DNA of 64,000 bases from Thermoplasmata archaeon. Its GTDB lineage: Archaea; Thermoplasmatota; Thermoplasmata; Lutacidiplasmatales; UBA184. Where the stretch lies: NCBI GenBank assembly GCA_035532555.1, contig DATKQS010000024.1:11225-75224 (forward strand), in the 5' to 3' direction. The position numbers and the translations under genes are program-made. A model generated the notes under the pieces. It saw only the letters and a list, made by a program, of their open reading frames with translations. It was not told the origin of the DNA and did no database searches. Below, piece after piece: positions 17,971-27,753 of this stretch. Numbering within the stretch: the stretch's first letter is position 1; the number at the start of each line of letters is the position of its first letter.

Positions 17971-18669
17971 TTACGCGTAGCCGAACTGGCGCTTTGCCGC
18001 CGGACTCATCTTCTCCGGCCCCCAAGGGGGATCCCATACGACGGTGACGACGGCCTCGCGAATGCCCGGGATCCTCTCGGCGACGGCCTTGACCTCGTCC
18101 TGGAGCATGCCGGCGACCGGGCAGCCTGGACTAGTCATGGTCATCCGAACGCCCACTTTTCCATCTTCTGGCCACTCGATGTCATAGATTAGGCCCAGGT
18201 CCAAGATGTTGACCGGGATCTCGGGATCATAGACCCGCCGGAGGGCCTCCCGGAGCTGGCGTTCCCGCTCGTTCTCGGTGCGATGGACCCCTGCCGAGTC
18301 GACGGCTGCGGGGGTCGAACCCGGCCCTTCCACCGTTCGGTCCGATGTAGAGGATACCGGCGGATGGGTGCTGAAGTGGGGGCCTACGATCGAGAAACTT
18401 TGCTGGGGGGACCCCTCATGGAAATCCACGGTCGCACCGTCGAGATAGACCCGACTGGCCGTGTCCACGACCAGCCGCGCCGCGCCGAAGTCGAGGGTCT
18501 CATCTCCCGACCGGGGCCTCGATAGGTACATCTGTACTGTCGGGTGCATGCCGGGGAGTATCCCAAGCCGCACGATCGCGGGAGGCGGACTCCGGGCGAT
18601 GGCCGCAGCAATCGCATCCCGGGCCGCAGTCGTGACCTCGAAGCGGAAGGCAAGTTCCTTTTTGGCCAT
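17971..18669 (-). CDS. Fusion protein: N-terminal HesB/IscA-like domain and C-terminal DUF59 (MIP18/SufT-like Fe-S assembly) domain
   Basis: N-terminus ELAFRFEVTTAARDAIAAAIA...IVRLGILPG...RLVVDTASRVYLDGATVDF is IscA-like. C-terminus YDPEIPVNILDLGLIYDIEW...MTMTSPGCPVAGML...VWDPPWGPEKMSPAAKRQFGYA is the DUF59 signature. Confidence 0.7.
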   Translation of the reverse strand: MAKKELAFRFEVTTAARDAIAAAIARSPPPAIVRLGILPGMHPTVQMYLSRPRSGDETLDFGAARLVVDTASRVYLDGATVDFHEGSPQQSFSIVGPHFSTHPPVSSTSDRTVEGPGSTPAAVDSAGVHRTENERERQLREALRRVYDPEIPVNILDLGLIYDIEWPEDGKVGVRMTMTSPGCPVAGMLQDEVKAVAERIPGIREAVVTVVWDPPWGPEKMSPAAKRQFGYA

Positions 18670-19196
18670 GTTCCCTCGCCGACAGGGATATCCCGGGCTT
18701 GGATTACAAGCCCTCGCCGAACCGTTTCGGTGTTCGAGCGAGCGGGATGGCGGATGGGTTTGGAAGCCTCCGGCTCATCGTGCCCGTAGATCTCGAACGT
18801 GGGTCTGAAGGAGGATTGAGCCCTCACACGACGCGGGCGATCCGTTCCGCACGATATGGAAGTAGGACGCGTGCGGGCGATTGCGGGAGGGGCGAAGAGC
18901 GAGGGGAGGGCGCTTCGAGACGGACGCCAAGCGCACGGCAAGGTCCTTCGAACAAGTCTAGGTAGAAACCGGAGGCGACGCCAGAAAGCCGCTCAGGTTC
19001 GAGCGGAGGGCAGATAGTCACCCAGAGTGTCGCCGGTCGATGAGATTCCACGCGCGTAGCTACCGACCCACGGGTGTAAACCCGGACCGTGCCACGAGAA
19101 GAGACTCTCTCTTCGCCGCTCGATCCTGATGCACGACTTGGTCAAGGGGCCGCGGTAAGAACGCGGCGGTGCAGCCTCGTTCGATGGGAAGGGGTC

Positions 19197-19688
19197 CGGA
19201 TGTTCGAATGGGTTCCACTGATTCTCGTGATCCATGTGTTGGGGGCCATAATCTGGGTGGGCGGCAACATCTCTCTCGCGATCGCCGTCTGGGGCATTCG
19301 GAGGTCGTTTCCGAACCAGCCGGAGACGGTATCTCGGGTCATCTCTGAGGTCGGTAGGGCTTTCGCGTGGGTCATGTGGCCGGCGCTAGCCGCCACCCTA
19401 GCGACCGGGCTCGCCAACCTCTCGTGGTACACGCCTCCGGCGGAGAACTGGACCGGGATTCCCGGGGCAGAGTGGATCGTCACGAGCTTCGCTGTAGCCG
19501 CGCTCATGGTGATCTCGGCGGGATTGCACACTTTCGTGGTGGGGCCGAGGATCCGGGTCCTACGAAGCCGGAGAACCCCGTCGCCGCAATTGACGACCCT
19601 CGTGCGCTTCAATCACGTCCTCGAAGCGCTGACCCTAATGACCGCCATCTTGATTGTGATCGTGATGGTCATTCTCGCTTCGCTCTGA
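19197..19688 (+). CDS. Small integral membrane protein (4 TM), DUF-type
   Basis: Start taken at MFEWVPLILVIHVLGAIIWVGGNISLAIAVWG. Hydrophobic profile. Confidence 0.45.
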   Translation, partial: RMFEWVPLILVIHVLGAIIWVGGNISLAIAVWGIRRSFPNQPETVSRVISEVGRAFAWVMWPALAATLATGLANLSWYTPPAENWTGIPGAEWIVTSFAVAALMVISAGLHTFVVGPRIRVLRSRRTPSPQLTTLVRFNHVLEALTLMTAILIVIVMVILASL

Positions 19689-20943
19689 TCTCCGGGGAAA
19701 GTGGCGAAGCCTTAGGGGCCCGTAGCACCGCGAGGTAGGAATTCACGAACTCCGTCGCCATCTTCTCCACGGACGCACGCGCGATGACCCAGGCTCGGCC
19801 GCGTTCGGAAAACTCGCGAGCGAGGATCCCGTCGTTGAGCAGGAGCTCGATCGCCGCGGTCAGTGCTCCAAGGTCCTGAGGATCGACGATGAGACCTGCC
19901 GACGATTCGCGTGCGATCTCGCCGGGACCTCCTCGACACGTGACCACACATGCCGCCCCCGACGCCATCGCTTCGAGGAGGGCCACCGACGAGGTGTCGG
20001 ACAGCGAGGGAAGCACAAAGATCTGAGTCTGCGCGAGCAGGGCTGCCTTCTCTCGTTCGAGCACCGGCCCCAGGTACTGGGCGCGTGCGGACAGGGCAGT
20101 CCCGGGGCGCAACCGCTCTTCCATCGAAGGTCGCTCGGGTCCCTCACCCGCCACGACGGCCAGCCAACGCGTCGCAGTTCCCAGTCGCTCAACCGCGTCG
20201 AGGAATCGATGGACCCCCTTGTCCCGGGTGAGTCGCCCGAGGAACGTGATCAGCGGAACCCCCTCCACGCCCCATCGGGCCCTCCAGTCGGGAGAGGCGA
20301 TCCCCGGTCGAAAGGTCGTGGTGTCGATCCCGTTCTCCACGATTCGAGGAGGCGCGTGGAGGTGGGACCGCCCTGGCGCGCGGAGGGCCGCCCCCGCCGC
20401 CACCGTTGGTGCGGTCGCTAGATCGGACGAACGGCAAAGTTCAACGCTGAACCTTCCCCATCCCCGGTAGAACGCGCGCGACAGCCGACTCGTCCCCGCC
20501 CCCCGCAACATGTCGGTCAGGTTTGTGTGGTACGTAGCGACCTTGGGGACGTGCCACCATCGAGCGGCGAGCCAACCGGCGAGTCCAACGAACCCGGGTG
20601 TGTGAACATGGACCACGTCAAAGCGATGTCCTCCGGAAAGAAACGACGGCCACGGAAAGAGTGCGATGCGGTACTGAGGGTAGCTCGGAGCCGGTAGGGA
20701 CAGATGTCGGTACACGGTCACACCGTTCGCGAGCCGTTCCCGTCGCTTCTGCCCCGGCAACCGGACTGTAAACACCGAAAGCTCGTGGCCGCGGGCGGCG
20801 AGTTCCGCGGCGAGTGCGGCCGTGGTCCCCGCAACGCCGTCGTGCGTGGGCAGGAAGCTGTCGGTAAAGAACGCGATTCTGAGCAACGAGCCGCTTCGGA
20901 GACCGGCACCGGCGGCCCGCTCAGGTCCGGATTGGCTCGTCAA
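19669..20943 (-). CDS. GT4 (GT-B) glycosyltransferase
   Basis: RIAFFTDSFLPTHDGVAGTT..., HVHTPGFVG, and FVLPSLSDTSSVALLEAMASGAACVVTCRGGPGE are GT4 motifs. Confidence 0.8.
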   Translation of the reverse strand: MTSQSGPERAAGAGLRSGSLLRIAFFTDSFLPTHDGVAGTTAALAAELAARGHELSVFTVRLPGQKRRERLANGVTVYRHLSLPAPSYPQYRIALFPWPSFLSGGHRFDVVHVHTPGFVGLAGWLAARWWHVPKVATYHTNLTDMLRGAGTSRLSRAFYRGWGRFSVELCRSSDLATAPTVAAGAALRAPGRSHLHAPPRIVENGIDTTTFRPGIASPDWRARWGVEGVPLITFLGRLTRDKGVHRFLDAVERLGTATRWLAVVAGEGPERPSMEERLRPGTALSARAQYLGPVLEREKAALLAQTQIFVLPSLSDTSSVALLEAMASGAACVVTCRGGPGEIARESSAGLIVDPQDLGALTAAIELLLNDGILAREFSERGRAWVIARASVEKMATEFVNSYLAVLRAPKASPLSPEIRAKRE

Positions 20944-20968
20944 TGGCTGATGTCCTTCCGTAGGCTGC

Positions 20969-21217
20969 CTACGTACCGGACGCGGGAGGATAAGGCTCCG
21001 AGCGCGCCCCAGGAGAACCGGCAGGCACCATCGAATCCGAAGGTGGGACGGCCCGTCTCCAACTCCGCCCGAGAGGATAGTCCGGGTAGGGTGGGCGTTC
21101 CCGAGGGCAGTGATCGCAGTCGCACGCTTCCGCGCGATAGGGATGGCGGAAGTTGTGGACCCCCTCTTCCCATGGATAGCAGGAGACGCAAATGCAGAAC
21201 CGGCAATCGTGGGACAT
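20969..21217 (-). CDS. Possible small Cys/His-rich protein
   Basis: 82-aa ORF with CRFCICVSCYPWEEGVHNFRHPYRAEACDCDHC. Could be a metal-binding mini-protein, but there is no family-level support. Confidence 0.2.
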   Translation of the reverse strand: MSHDCRFCICVSCYPWEEGVHNFRHPYRAEACDCDHCPRERPPYPDYPLGRSWRRAVPPSDSMVPAGSPGARSEPYPPASGT

Positions 21218-21429
21218 CGCTCTCCCTCCCAGCGACCGTACTCTCTGGAAACCCTTGAAGCGGAATCCGAATGGGTTCGGTCGGAACTTCCCGAGCCCGC
21301 GCGGACCCTCTCATCCTCTCGCGGTGGACACCGACCGAAAAGATCCGGGGCGGCCGAACCCTTTCGGTCTTCCCTTCTTGCCGAGAGAAGTCTCTGCCTC
21401 TTGCGGGGGCAGACCTCGTCAGCGAACTC

Positions 21430-21981
21430 ATGTCGAAGCCGGCCGGAGCCCTAGAGGAACTGCACCGGGAGCACGAGGTCGCCGAGCGCCTGCTGGAACG
21501 ACTCGTGGAACTCGGAGACCGGATGAAGTCGGGGGAGCGAGTCGATGCCAAGGCCGTCCGCTTCGGAGTCGGCCTGCTAGACGCGTACCTTCACCGTGTT
21601 CACGCCTCGCAGATGGACCGCGAACTCCGCCCCGAAGCGCAGGGCGTCGCGATGCCGGGCTGCTTTGAGCACCTGGACCGGATGCGAACCAACCATGAAC
21701 AGATGCGGGCTCGAGCGCGGGAGCTCCTCGCCCTCATCGGCAGATGGGCTTCCGGGGACGAATCCTGCCGTGGGGCAGCCGGCGACAAGCTCATCGACCT
21801 CGCAAGCAGGGACCATGACGCCGCCACCTACGAGGAGGCGTACCCGCTCATCTGCCTGGAGTCAGCGCTACCCGAAGACGCCGAGAACCGCCTCTCGAAC
21901 CGGTTCTCGGATCATGCGGGGACCCGGGCGGCGCTCGAGGCGAACATCGAACGGTTCCTCTCCGAGACCGTGGCGATCTAG
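21430..21981 (+). CDS. Hemerythrin-like (HHE cation-binding) domain protein
   Basis: LEELHREHEVAERLLERL, then H/E-rich helices (HRVHASQMDRE, CFEHLDRMRTNHEQM). Paralogous to 23752..24633. Start taken at MSKPAG. Confidence 0.55.
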   Translation: MSKPAGALEELHREHEVAERLLERLVELGDRMKSGERVDAKAVRFGVGLLDAYLHRVHASQMDRELRPEAQGVAMPGCFEHLDRMRTNHEQMRARARELLALIGRWASGDESCRGAAGDKLIDLASRDHDAATYEEAYPLICLESALPEDAENRLSNRFSDHAGTRAALEANIERFLSETVAI

Positions 21982-22062
21982 ATTCCCCATTCGAGGGTAC
22001 TCGGACCTCCGAGCTGCCGCTCGTCCGTTAAGGAAGCCGGGGGTTCGGTCGCGGGCCCCCGT

Positions 22063-22797
22063 TCAGTACCGCTCCACAAAGACATGGTCCTTGGGGCAGT
22101 TCAGGTGGAGCGCGAGCTCCTGGGTCTCGTTCACCATGGCCGGGACGCCGCAGACGTAGACATCCGAGTTCGATAAGTCTGGGAATCGCTCGCGCAGAGC
22201 TCCTTCCACGTGGCCAACGGCACCGTGCCACGTCCCATTTGCCGGAGGGCGCGAGAGGACCGGTACGAAGTGGAACGCCGGCCAAGCGATCTCAAGTGCG
22301 CGCATCTCGTCGAAGTAGAACAGATCCTCCCGGAAGCGCTCGCCGAAGATGAGCCAGGTGGGGGTTTGGGGGGAGTGAGCTCGGATATCGTCCAGCATGG
22401 GGATGAATGGGGCGAGCCCCGTCCCGGTCGCCACGAACACGGCGGTCCTATCTCCGGGAGGATCCAGCAGGAAGCGTCCCAGTGGAGCTAGCCCCTTCAG
22501 CGTCGGGTGGCTCTCGGGGGCGAGGCCGCAGAGGAAGGTCGAGCCGTATCCGCCAGGGACCTGCTTGATGAGCAGATCGAACTGCCCGACCTTCCCGGCC
22601 GCTGAGAAGAACGAGTAGGAACGGGTGATCGAGTTCCCCGCCCTCGAGAGGTAGAAGGTAACGTACTGGCCGGGAGCGAACGCGAAGCTGTCATCCCGGG
22701 CCGTACGGAAGGTTAGGACGTGGACCGAGGGTACGATGATCCGGTTCGACTCAAGGGTGAATTCCCTCTTGCGCGGTGTCTCCATGATACTGGACAA
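22063..22797 (-). CDS. FNR-type FAD/NAD(P)-binding oxidoreductase (ferredoxin-NADP reductase family)
   Basis: RSYS FAD-binding motif (NSITRSYSFFS), FVATGTGLAPFIPML NAD(P)-binding motif, and C-terminal YVCGVPAMV. Confidence 0.8.
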   Translation of the reverse strand: MSSIMETPRKREFTLESNRIIVPSVHVLTFRTARDDSFAFAPGQYVTFYLSRAGNSITRSYSFFSAAGKVGQFDLLIKQVPGGYGSTFLCGLAPESHPTLKGLAPLGRFLLDPPGDRTAVFVATGTGLAPFIPMLDDIRAHSPQTPTWLIFGERFREDLFYFDEMRALEIAWPAFHFVPVLSRPPANGTWHGAVGHVEGALRERFPDLSNSDVYVCGVPAMVNETQELALHLNCPKDHVFVERY

Positions 22798-22869
22798 GGC
22801 GGCCAGCGGCTTACCGGTGCGCCGAAACGGTTCGGTGGACGGCCGTTGCCCCCTCGCGTGAGGGGCGTC

Positions 22870-23592
22870 CTAGCTCCCCGGCGGCCAGCGCTCGAGCAGT
22901 TTCTTCTCGACGATTGCCAACGCCTCGGAAAGGCTTGAGACCGCCATCCGTTCCTGGGCGGCAAGACGGGTCAGGGTAATCTTGCGGGGAACGTCGAAGT
23001 ATCCGGCCGCCATCGCCCGTTGGAGCAACTCGGCCTGACGAGGAGTGAGCGCCTCTCTTCCAGTCGTGACCTCTGAGTGACGGACCGACTCGAGGATCAC
23101 TCCCGGTGCGCGCTGTGACAACTGGTCGAGGAGTTGGCGTATCTTCTGCTCCGAAGCGATCACGACCCACGATGCCTCTCCGGCCCGTATCGTGAATGGA
23201 AAGCGTCGCAGCAGGTAGAGCTTCCGGAAAATCGGAATGAACGGGGAGGTGCGGTGGATCACTCGGAGGTGAACCTCCCGGGGCCCGGACGTGAGGAACT
23301 CCACCTTTTCCACCAGGTCTATGGCGTGGAGCTGGTCGGCCCAAGGGCCGGGTTCGGTTACGTGGAGGCGCACCTCGCTGAGGCTCCGACGCGCCCCCAG
23401 GTCAAGGTTGCTCAGCACCTCGATGGTCACGTCGGGGTGCTCCCGGGAGAAGCGGGCAATCCAAGCGGAGTCCGGGAGGGGCACCCGCAAGCGACAGATG
23501 CGCGTCGGCCCGGGAACGGGCTGGGGGGCTTTCGTCGGATGGACCCGTCGGGTCGTCCCCCGCGACCGGGCGAGCTGGGCGCGAGGGACCAT
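22870..23592 (-). CDS. Bat-like (bacterio-opsin activator family) HTH_10 transcriptional regulator
   Basis: C-terminal LTPRQAELLQRAMAAGYFDVPRKITLTRLAAQERMAVSSLSEALAIVEKKLL is the archaeal HTH_10 signature. Confidence 0.75.
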   Translation of the reverse strand: MVPRAQLARSRGTTRRVHPTKAPQPVPGPTRICRLRVPLPDSAWIARFSREHPDVTIEVLSNLDLGARRSLSEVRLHVTEPGPWADQLHAIDLVEKVEFLTSGPREVHLRVIHRTSPFIPIFRKLYLLRRFPFTIRAGEASWVVIASEQKIRQLLDQLSQRAPGVILESVRHSEVTTGREALTPRQAELLQRAMAAGYFDVPRKITLTRLAAQERMAVSSLSEALAIVEKKLLERWPPGS

Positions 23593-23751
23593 GCCCCGCG
23601 AGCCGCCGGGGAGGGCATATTCGTTTCGGAGCCCCCGGAAGTCGAATCGGGGAATCCAATTCGCCGGAGCATCGTCCGCCGAACCCTCTAGGTCCGCGCC
23701 TTAACCGACGACACAACCATACCGTCGCGAAAGTCCCACGGAGAAAAAACG

Positions 23752-24633
23752 ATGAACGCAATCGAAGCACAGGACCCACTAGACGAGCTAGAGCGTGAGA
23801 ACGACGTCGCGGAGAAGTTGATCGAGCGTCTAGCGGAGATGGCGATAGTGTTGAAGGAGGGCCGGAACCTACCGCCCGGAGAAATCAGCGAAGGACTCCG
23901 CCTCCTCGAGCAGTATCGCACCGTGCATGCCGCTCGAGTCGACGTCGACCTGAAGGTCGAGGCAAGGCCCTGGGCGATGAGCACCTGCTTTCAGCATCTC
24001 GATGCGATCGCCAACGATCACCAGACGGAAGGCGATAGGATCGCCCGGGCCCAGGAGGCGCTGAAGGAGTTCACACTCGATCCTGAGGAAGCCAGGGCAC
24101 GACTATCCCAGGCGTTGGCCGACCTGACAGAGAAGGACCACCAGAGCTTGGTTTACGAGAATGACTACCCCCTCTCCTGCCTCCGGGCCGCGCTCCCCGA
24201 CGGTGCTGCTTCTCGAGTCTCCGCGGCGTTCGAGGCGACATCCTCCGCTATCGCGGACTTGGATGGGCACATCGTCCGGTATCTGGAGCATGCACCGGGA
24301 ACGCCAGGGCATGGGTTGACCGTGCGCTGCAGCCGGGCGAACTGCGAGGCGAGCGCCGAGTCGCACGTGGTATCCTCGAACGATGGCCGATTGGGAATCG
24401 AGGTACCTCTAGGCTGGCAGGTGGCTCCCCAATCGCCGAACTTCAGTAAGGACCGGACCATCCGTCTAAAGGTCGATTTCTGTTGCCCGGCGCACCACGA
24501 GAAGTGTTTGGCGCACGAGGGAAAGGCGCTCCCCATGTGGATGGATGAGGGGGGTCTCGGGCCGCAAAGAGAAACGACTGCAGGTCGTGGGTCCGGTGGC
24601 TGCTGCGGACCGATCCCAGAGGATGCCCGGTGA
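23752..24633 (+). CDS. Hemerythrin-like domain protein with a Cys-rich C-terminal extension
   Basis: LDELERENDVAEKLIERL plus H/E helices, paralogous to 21430..21981. C-terminal CSRANCE...FCCPAHHEKCLAHE...GGCCGP suggests metal binding. Confidence 0.55.
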   Translation: MNAIEAQDPLDELERENDVAEKLIERLAEMAIVLKEGRNLPPGEISEGLRLLEQYRTVHAARVDVDLKVEARPWAMSTCFQHLDAIANDHQTEGDRIARAQEALKEFTLDPEEARARLSQALADLTEKDHQSLVYENDYPLSCLRAALPDGAASRVSAAFEATSSAIADLDGHIVRYLEHAPGTPGHGLTVRCSRANCEASAESHVVSSNDGRLGIEVPLGWQVAPQSPNFSKDRTIRLKVDFCCPAHHEKCLAHEGKALPMWMDEGGLGPQRETTAGRGSGGCCGPIPEDAR

Positions 24634-25151
24634 GGCTCGACTTGCTTCCATCCGCAGTGGCTCCACCCATTCACCGCGCCGTCCCCTCCTCGGATGGCCT
24701 GCGACTCATCGCGTCCGGCATGGTGTACTTGCTCGTCGTGTGCGGCGTCGTGCTCGTCACGAGTGCCCAGTCGATCCTCGGAGGAGCGGCTTCTGTGCCG
24801 AGCCGCCTGTTCGACGATCGGGACCTGGTCGCCCTCTTCGGCTGGGTGGGAATGATGATCACCGGGGTGAGCGTCATCATCATACCTAACCACCTCGGAG
24901 TCCGTCTTCGACCGCTGTATCTCCCACGGCTTCACTTCGTTCTGGCGAACGTCGGGCTTGCCGGGTTCTTCGGTGCGGACCTTCTAGCGCCCGGGTCCGC
25001 TGCACCGGAGGTCTTCTTGGGGTTGGTCGCGGCTTCGTTCTTGATCTTCGGGCTCGGAGCACTCGCGACGGTTGCTCCCTTCGTTCATCTCTCTCGGTCC
25101 CGGTCAAGGGTCGCGACCACGACCTCAGGCGAGCATCGAACGACGGACTGA
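24630..25151 (+). CDS. Integral membrane protein (4-5 TM)
   Basis: Hydrophobic helices. Start overlaps the stop of the upstream hemerythrin-like gene. The real start may be the internal Met at ~24720. Confidence 0.45.
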   Translation: MRLDLLPSAVAPPIHRAVPSSDGLRLIASGMVYLLVVCGVVLVTSAQSILGGAASVPSRLFDDRDLVALFGWVGMMITGVSVIIIPNHLGVRLRPLYLPRLHFVLANVGLAGFFGADLLAPGSAAPEVFLGLVAASFLIFGLGALATVAPFVHLSRSRSRVATTTSGEHRTTD

Positions 25152-25527
25152 GCGACGCCTCTTCGTTCCGGGGAACTCGTCGAATTTCTCGACCCGGACG
25201 AATGAACTAGCGTGTCCAGACCAGTTCGATCGTGAGATGAGCGGTCGCTCCTCCTGCAAGGAATAAGACGCCGCAGCGAAGATTGCCGCGTCGATATCTC
25301 GAATCAGTCGTCCGTCTCTTTCTTCTGCTGACAGCCGCCGGTCTCCCACAGCGCGTGGCATCCTCGTGCCCGGACCGATCCATGGCTATCGTTAGAAGAA
25401 GGGCGGAGCGGTCTGCGGGAGGAATGCGAGAGCTCGTCTCGGGCCCACCCTCTCCGGATACCAGGCGGCTCTGCTCGTTCTACTACTACCACTCGGTGCC
25501 GTAACACGCGCCGCTCGGGCGTGCGAC

Positions 25528-25812
25528 TCACTTGTAGACCGACTGGTAGGTCTTCCCCTCGTCGTCCCAGATCGTGATGCAAGAACCCTCGCATTCCGTT
25601 AAGCAGGCGTTGCAGAGAATGCAGTCGGGGCCCTGCTCGGCCACGGACTTCTCCGCACGGAATTGGAACTTCGCCGCGACCTCGGCATCGTCTATAACAT
25701 CGGGGAATTCGGTGCGGACGTGCATCACGAACACGTTCACGGGGCAGACGTCGAAGCAGTGCCGGCAACCCGTGCACTTCTCGGTTTGGACCTTGACGTC
25801 CACGGATCTCAT
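25528..25812 (-). CDS. 2x[4Fe-4S] ferredoxin
   Basis: CTGCRHCFDVCP and CILCNACLTECE cluster motifs. Start at the internal Met (MRSVDVKV). Confidence 0.8.
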   Translation of the reverse strand: MRSVDVKVQTEKCTGCRHCFDVCPVNVFVMHVRTEFPDVIDDAEVAAKFQFRAEKSVAEQGPDCILCNACLTECEGSCITIWDDEGKTYQSVYK

Positions 25813-26207
25813 CCCCCCAGGCCCGGCATGCAACCGGCATGGCAGAGGGCGAGGTTCTGGGGAACGTTCAACCCCCCGGCAACCAGAGGCAACCGAAGAG
25901 CCAAACTGAGACAAGATCCCTGCGGGGCACGAGACGAAGGGCCGGTAGGTAGAGCCACCTCCCCTTCGCACACGGAACACCTCGGACCCAGTTTGTCGAG
26001 CTCCCACTGGAGCGCAAGAGCGTACATCGGAGCGGTGGGACGGTAGGATCCGGGCGGCTGAGCCCTCCAGACCTCCTCGTGACGTTCCACCAGTCGGCGA
26101 ATCACGCTCTCTAGCACCTCGTGTTGGCTACGGAAGTGCGTCTTGGCCAGCGCATTCAACCTCACCCGCGTCCACTCGTTCGCCGGGCTGACGTTCTGGT
26201 TCCTCAT
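25809..26207 (-). CDS. Hypothetical protein with a possible ribbon-helix-helix N-terminus, immediately upstream of ferredoxin
   Basis: MRNQNVSPANEWTRVRLNALAKTHFRSQHEVLESVIRRLVERHEE. Its stop abuts the ferredoxin start. Confidence 0.35.
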   Translation of the reverse strand: MRNQNVSPANEWTRVRLNALAKTHFRSQHEVLESVIRRLVERHEEVWRAQPPGSYRPTAPMYALALQWELDKLGPRCSVCEGEVALPTGPSSRAPQGSCLSLALRLPLVAGGLNVPQNLALCHAGCMPGLGG

Positions 26208-26642
26208 CTTCCCTCTCTATTCCGTACGGTCAATACGAAGCGATTGGATAACGCCGGTCATGGAGGTCCTGTCCCGCTGCTAGCACGGAATTCCTTCACA
26301 CGGGGGTCCGAGAGTTTCCGCCAGTCCCCACGGCCTCTGCGTCGACGCGTGATAACAGCAGTTCCGACTCCCTCGCGTGGGATCCGACGGTCACCCGGTC
26401 GGGCGGACCCGGGCCTACGATGAGCGGAGTGTCTTCCGATCGCACCCGCGTCGGAGCTACAAGAGCCACCCGTACGTCGAACGGATTGAGCTACAGGTCG
26501 GACCCGGCGCCGCATCGTTTTCGCGGCGGGAGCGAAGAGCATCTTCTGGAGATCGGGAACCATCTTCACCATGGTCACGATGAGCATCCAACGTCCTCCA
26601 CGAAGACTCGGCCCTCACCTCAGCCGGTGGCCGGTCTCCCCT

Positions 26643-27014
26643 TCAACCCCGGAGGCGTTCCTCGAGGGACTCTCGGAGGACAGAGGCATTGCAGTGCTCG
26701 GCGTCGTGCGCAGCGAAGAGGAGGGTGACGACCCCGGAGCGCGCTTCCCGCACGAGTCGGTCGAGTAGGTCGGAGTGCTTCCCGAGTTCCGTGCGGTAGC
26801 GTCTCCGAAAGGCGGGGTACTTCTGGGGGTCGTGCCCAAACCAAGTACGAAGTCCCGGCGAAGGGGCGAGGTCCTTGAGCCACTCTGTGAGACGGAGACT
26901 CTCCTTCTTGAGTCCCCGCGGCCAGAGTCGGTCGATAAGGTAGCGCCGCCCATCGGTCGGCGCGGGTGGCTCATAGACCCGCTTGGTTTGGATGCTCATA
27001 CGGGTTGCCTGCAC
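26643..27014 (-). CDS. DUF488-family protein
   Basis: RVYEPPAPTDGRRYLIDRLWPRGLKKESLRLTEWLKDLAPSPGLRTWFGHDPQKYPAFRRRYRTEL matches the DUF488 signature. Confidence 0.7.
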   Translation of the reverse strand: MQATRMSIQTKRVYEPPAPTDGRRYLIDRLWPRGLKKESLRLTEWLKDLAPSPGLRTWFGHDPQKYPAFRRRYRTELGKHSDLLDRLVREARSGVVTLLFAAHDAEHCNASVLRESLEERLRG

Positions 27015-27277
27015 GGATGAGAGACTATTGAATCATTTGTCGCGCGACACACTTTCGGTGCGTCACGATCGAGGACTCCACCTCTTCTCGGGCGTCACGA
27101 CCCGCGACGTCCCACTCTGACGGCGGGGTCAGGACATTCCCCGCCTCCGGGCCACCCTCCCTCCGGCGGGCAAACCGCTCCGGTCGCATCGAATGTGCCG
27201 TCGACCTTGAAGATGGCTACTGTCCTCAAGAACCGTGTCTGGGTTCTGAGGAATGTGCGGCTTCCTCGGGAGGACCC

Positions 27278-27753
27278 CTACGGCTCGTGCCGGTTCTGCT
27301 CGGGCTCCCCGAGCTCCCGGTGCACCGCCCTTGCATCGCTGTCGGAAAGGTGCGTGTCGAACCAAGGGTAGACGGCATCTTCCTCGCGAGCGTTGTGAGC
27401 CCAGAGGACGTTGACGAGCTCGAACTCCAGATCCTCGGTCGACGCCAGCCCTTCGTCCAGCCGGAGTCGGATCCTTCGCAGAACCTCCTCGATCCGTCGG
27501 TGCTCGTCCAGCATCCGGTCGACCAAGGCGCGACGGGAGGGATCCGCTTCCGCAAAGACGGGGAAGAGAAGCCGCTCTTCGACCTCGATGTGGCGACTCA
27601 GGTCGGTCGCGAACCGCTCGAAGCGTCCGCGACGCTGAGCCGCCGCGGATACGGGAGTCGCCTGGAACTCCTCGAACTTCAGGTTGAGTTCTCGGTGGTC
27701 GTTCGACAGCAGATGCGACGGCAGCTCGTTCGTGTGGTTCATCGGCTGCTCCA
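27278..27753 (-). CDS. Hemerythrin HHE cation-binding domain protein
   Basis: HRELNLKFEEF...HIEVEERLLFPVF...HRRIEEVL...NAREEDAVYPWF is the classic H/E pattern. Start at MEQPMNHT (ATG complement 27751-27753) overlaps the end of the upstream membrane gene. The longer ORF extending to 28897 is an out-of-frame artefact. Confidence 0.7.

Noticed and set aside
25420-25500. ctactactaccact stretch resembling the repeat core (gtagtagtactc)
   Set aside because: Only a short, imperfect match from Tyr-codon-like triplets. No flanking similarity to copies A, B or C.
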